A model generated the notes under the pieces. The model was not told the DNA's origin and ran no database searches. It worked only from the letters and a program-made list of their open reading frames with translations. Below are positions 59,630 through 64,000 of a stretch of 64,000 bases of DNA, piece by piece. A program made the position numbers and the translations under genes. Each line of letters opens with the position of its first letter. Position 1 is the first letter of the stretch. Source of the DNA: Heteronotia binoei. Taxonomy: Eukaryota. The stretch lies in assembly GCF_032191835.1 (NCBI RefSeq), contig NC_083231.1, positions 101,990,001-102,054,000 on the forward strand, given 5' to 3'.

Positions 59630-59974
59630 GGCTTTGTGTAGGTTTGGCTTGTTCTGTAAACCATAAACTTGCCCCATCCTTGTTGGTAGATGGCACATAT
59701 ACCTTTTCAAGGTAGAGCAGTTATCCAATTAAAGTAATTTTAGGTCCTTAGTTATAAGAGTTTTCCAGTGCCATACAGATCTAAATTCAAGTACAGTAGC
59801 ACCCTAAAGGGGGAAAAAGGGGGGGGGGTTAATAAGCTTTCAAGTGTCAAATCTTTTTCAGTGCTCTAATCAAGCTCATAACATTCTGCATTGTAGCTTT
59901 GCATCCTGACTCCCTTCTTTGCAACACCCCTCCCACCTCCTGACAGGGATATAAGGACTCCGGAATCTCCATTC

Positions 59975-60390
59975 CTCCTTGCATCTGACAAAGGCAGCTT
60001 TGACTCTTGAAAGCTTGTACTCCCCAAATTATACTGGTCTTCTACCAAAAAAGCACAGCAGGAACTCACTTGTATATTAGGCCACACACCCCTTATGTCA
60101 CCATTGTTTCACACAGGACTTTTTTCGTGTAGAAAAAGCCCAGCAGGAACTCATTTGCATATTAGGCCACACCCCCTGATGTCACCATTGTTTCGCACAG
60201 GACTTTTTTCGTGTAGAAGAAGCCCAGCAGGAACTCACTTGGCTATTGGGCCACACCCCCTGACACCAAGCCAACTGGAACAGCGTTCCTGTGTGTTCTG
60301 GCTCAAAAAAGCCCTGCTGGTCTCTAAAGTGTTGGTGGACTTGGATGTATATTTTGTACTGCAGGCCAGCATGGCTACCCTCTGAAACTA
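59975..60390 (+). mobile_element. Penelope-like fragment interrupted by a three-unit octamer-subtype MITE (60042-60316)
   Basis: gcatctgac..gaaagctt before the MITE and ctaccctctgaaac after; TSD ctggtctt / ctggtctc. Confidence 0.75.
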
Positions 60391-60692
60391 TCCTATACAG
60401 AGCGAGGTATTCCAGTTCAGTGGATTTACACTGGAATAATTTGGCATAACTTTGTACTGTTAATTAACAGATCAATGGCAGAAGTCTGTATAAGAGTTTT
60501 TAAAAAGCTCAGAGGAAAATATGTACTTAAAGAAAGTAACCTTTTAAAAATTATTAGCTTGCACTATGTCACAGATCCTATGTTTGTTTATTTAGGACCA
60601 ATTAATGTGCTACAAAGTCCTCAAGTCCCCCATGTGTCTCCCACAGGTCCTGCCAACTGGACATTCTAAGGGAGTTCTTGAAACCTAATTCT

Positions 60693-61250
60693 CAGGGCTT
60701 TTTTTGTACCAGGAACTCCTTTGTATATTAGGCCAAACACCCCTGATATAGCCAATCTTACTACAGTAGGCCCTGTAGTAAAAAATCAACTAGGGACAGG
60801 GCCTTTTCGATCACAGCCCCTTGCTGGTGGAACCAGCTGCCGGAGGAGGTGAGGGCGCTGCAGAACCTTGGGCAGTTCTGCTGGGGCTGTAAGACAGTCC
60901 TCTTCCGGTTGGCATACAACTGACTGATATCTGAACATCCGAATATTTGAACATCAGAATATCTGAACATCGGAATATCTGAGTAGCTGAATTTTAAGGA
61001 AGACTTAGCATGGCATATTGATAATTGTGTTTTTCTCTATTTTATTGTGTAAATTATTAATATATTTTAAATTGATTTATTGTTAGAACTTTGTGTTGTG
61101 AGTCGCCCTGAGCCCGCTTCCGTGGGGTAAGGCGGGATATAAATCGAATAAAATAAATAAATAAGAGCCCTGTAAACTCTTGGAGGAATGGCTACATAAG
61201 AAGGGTGTGGCCTAATATGCAAAGGAGTTCCTGCTACAAAAAAAGCCCTG
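60693..61250. mobile_element. CAGGGCTTTTT MITE interrupted by an L2 3' fragment (about 60783-61162, plus strand)
   Basis: Both MITE halves intact; L2 nearly identical by eye to 53010-53345. Confidence 0.88.
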
Positions 61251-61434
61251 CTTAATTCTCAAGTATGTGTGGGTCCAGTTCAGATTGGAACAACAGCATT
61301 TGGGGAGGTGGGATTAAGATTAAGCTCTCTCTTGCATCATTTTCCCAACATGAAATGGCACCCGGGGAGCCACTGTTTGACCCAATGGTGAAAATTGCGT
61401 AGGCTGACTTGTTACTAGTGTCATACATCCAGAA

Positions 61435-61610
61435 AAGTTAGCCGTGTTAGTCTGTTCTGCAAAATAGTAAAGAGTCCAGTAGCACCTTTAAGATTAACAA
61501 ATTCTATTGCAGCGTAAGCTTTTGAGAAACACAGCTCTCTTCGTCAGGTGCTTATGCTACAGTAAAATTTGTTAATCTTAAAGGTGCTATTGGACTCTTT
61601 ACTACATTAC
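61435..61610. mobile_element. Penelope-like inverted fragment
   Basis: Arms gagtccagtagcacctttaagattaacaa / ttgttaatcttaaaggtgctattggactc; same subfamily as 20625. Confidence 0.7.
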
Positions 61611-61621
61611 TAGTAGGCTAC

Positions 61622-61858
61622 TAAGGTTCCCTGGTAGGGCAAATAGCAGGTTCCTCTGGGGGGTGAGTGTTGCTCTAGAATTACAACTGATCTCCAGACT
61701 CAGAATCAGTTTTCCTGGAGGAAATGACAGGTATGGGGAGGGCACGCTCTATATAGCATCACACCCCTTCCGAGCTCCCTCCTCTTCCCAAATTCCACCC
61801 TCCCTAGTCATCGCCTCCAAATCTCCAGGTATTTCTCAAGCTGGAGTTGTCAACCCTA
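61622..61858. mobile_element. TAGGGTTGCC-family MITE (decayed)
   Basis: ttacaactgatctccag..aaatctccaggtattt..gtcaacccta. Confidence 0.65.
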
Positions 61859-63272
61859 ACTAACTCGCAATTAAACATGTATTGGCTACTTAATGGCATG
61901 TTCATATACTATGCTCAAACTTCAGAGTGGGGAAGACTAATCCAACTAAACGCAGCCCAGAGACTACAGCCCTGGTTTGACCTAGAGAAGGATTCTGGAG
62001 TGCGAATTTGGCTGGGCTGCGAGTGCTGGATTGAGGCCATGGGGACATCACTTGGTCAAATGTCCTGTAAAATGCAGAGAGAGAGAAATGTGAATCTCCC
62101 TCATTTCCCCAGGAATCCTATTTACAGATGCAGATGTTTATTTTGGGTTCCTATTGTGGAACATCCATTTAGCCTTCTGTCATTTTTTTTGTGGCTTGGG
62201 AGAGGACCATTGGGGGAGCTTTTTTGTTTGTTCTCCTCCTTAGTTGCAACCCGCCCCCCCCCCCTCCGGTTTCCTCTGGTATGACTTGCTCTGCTATCTT
62301 GAGTCAGCGATAATTCTTCGGGTTGAAGGCAAATTTGGAGGAGTAGGAGAAGTATTCTGCTGAACAGAATGTACTTCCTCCTTCTTACGCACACTCTCCG
62401 TCCTTTCCTTTTTTTAAAAAATAACACTGATTCAGTCCCAGATATTTATCCTATTTTAGAAGGATTTATAAGCAGGCCTCATTTAAGCAGATTGTATGGT
62501 GATTTACCCCTTGAGGGAAGCTTCGGAAGGATAAATAGGCTAAAATGAGGGAATATTTTTATTGTCTGAAGATGAGTCAGATGCTTTGTATGCATTTGCG
62601 CGTCTGTGTTTATAAGTAGCAGAACTTATGCTCGGTAAGCTTATTTGCAATAGATTTAGGAAAACATCAGCATTGGAGGAGACACGTCTTTTGGCACATG
62701 TGTTACCCTTGGGATACTTAATTTTTCTGTGTGTGCTTAATTCTTTCATTACAGAGCCCAAACCATCCTCAGAAGTAAATACTTTTGCCATTCTTAATCC
62801 TCTCCTCGCAAAGCTTTCTGTTGTTTTGCAAAGGAAAAGATTTTTCTCTCTGCTTTTTAAAAAATTGAGATTTAAAAAAAATAAAAAATAAAAAGCTGTG
62901 ATGGTATTATAATTTGTGCAGGTGCTGGAACTGAATATTTAAGATAAGATTCAGATTAGCCCAACATACTTTAGAAACTGCTTGTCTTTGTGTGCCTGTA
63001 TTCTGATCTCCAAAACCTGCCAAGGGCAGTCTCTTAATAATACCATCTGGGTATGTCAGTCTCTACCAGAAGAGACTAATATCCATGGACTCCCTTCCAT
63101 TCAGACTGACTCAAGCTTTAGCATCTTTTGAAAACTTAGCAAGCCCTACCTGTTTGGGCTGGTTTGAAACTCAGGCTTAAATAGGTATTATCCAACCCCT
63201 CATCAGAAAGAAGCAGTGTTGATTACCAGCTGTGCTAAAGTTGACCTTTGAAGGTTTCTGTGACCTTGAACT

Positions 63273-63459
63273 AGGAATGCTTTTGTTGTTGTTGCAGGAA
63301 CTCCTTTGTATTAGGCCACACATCTGGGATGTTGCCAATCCTCCTGGAGCTTACAGTAGGCACTGTACTAAGAGCCCTGTAAGTTCTTGGAGGATTGGCT
63401 ACATTAAGGGGGTATGGCCTAACATGCAAAGGAGTTCCTGCTACAAAAAAAAGGCCCTG
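63273..63459. mobile_element. CAGGGCTTTTT MITE
   Basis: Family core, right TIR aaaaggccctg. Confidence 0.85.
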
Positions 63460-63582
63460 GTTGTATCTATACATTTTGGATGCTGCACTAGCATTGCTCT
63501 GTGGCAGTCATTTGCTCGTGGGTTTTCATGTGCAGACAAGACAATCCAAGGGGGTGAAGATGATGGCTGTAGGGGGTAGAGA

Positions 63583-63970
63583 TAGGGTTGCCAAGTCCAA
63601 TTCAAGAAATATCTGGGAACTTTGGGGGTGGAGCCAGGAGACTTTGGGGGTGGAGCCAGGAGACATTAGGGGTGGAGCCAAGATCAAGGCTGTGACAAGC
63701 ATCATTGAACTCCAAAGGGAGTTCTGGCCATCACACTTAAAGGGACAGCATACCTATTAAATTCCTTCCTTCCATAGGAAATAATGAAGAATAGGGGCAC
63801 CTTCTTTTGGGGCTCATAGAATTGGACCCCCTGGTCCAATCTTTATGAAACTTGGGGGGTATTTTGGGGAGAGGCACTAGATGCTATACTGAAATTTTAG
63901 TGCCTCTACCTCAAAAAACAGCCTCCCCCCCACACATCTCCAGGAATTCCCTTCACCCAGCTGGCAACCC
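63583..63970 (+). mobile_element. Longer TAGGGTTGCC-TIR DNA element with three ggggtggagcca repeats
   Basis: tagggttgccaagtccaattc..; matches 59276-59629. Confidence 0.75.
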
Positions 63971-64000
63971 CCTCCCCCCAAGAGGGAATATTCTTCTCCG

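Noticed and set aside
60056-60260. CRISPR-like repeat array
   Set aside because: Eukaryotic context, the 'spacers' are themselves repeated, the array is bounded by MITE TIR and TSD, and there are no cas genes.
52980-61162. Segmental duplication between about 53.0 and 60.8 kb
   Set aside because: Similarity is confined to the L2 3' end; flanks differ, so these are independent insertions.

Overview
Vertebrate genomic DNA, almost certainly a squamate reptile and probably a gecko (inferred from the repeat content: Sauria-type SINEs, BovB, CR1, L2, Penelope relics). A large share of the window is interspersed repeats. These include LINE fragments (a 2.6-kb young L2, CR1, an RTE, BovB), four SINE families (Sauria, 5S rRNA-headed, tRNA-Ala-headed, L2-tailed Squam3-like), many hAT-type MITEs with 8-bp TSDs, palindromic Harbinger-like MITEs with 3-bp TSDs, and Penelope-derived inverted repeats carrying hammerhead-ribozyme cores. 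A CpG island at about 27.76-29.62 kb looks like a gene promoter (CCAAT, CRE/E-box, RFX X-box, paired SOX sites) and may be bidirectional. I could not recognise any host protein-coding exon or name the gene; exon calls are speculative. There is a 129-nt assembly gap at 10428-10556. There are no rRNA, true tRNA, CRISPR or prokaryotic features. Most ORFs in the track are TE-derived or spurious. Coordinates were read by eye: TSD-defined boundaries should be exact or nearly so, others may be off by about 10-20 bp.
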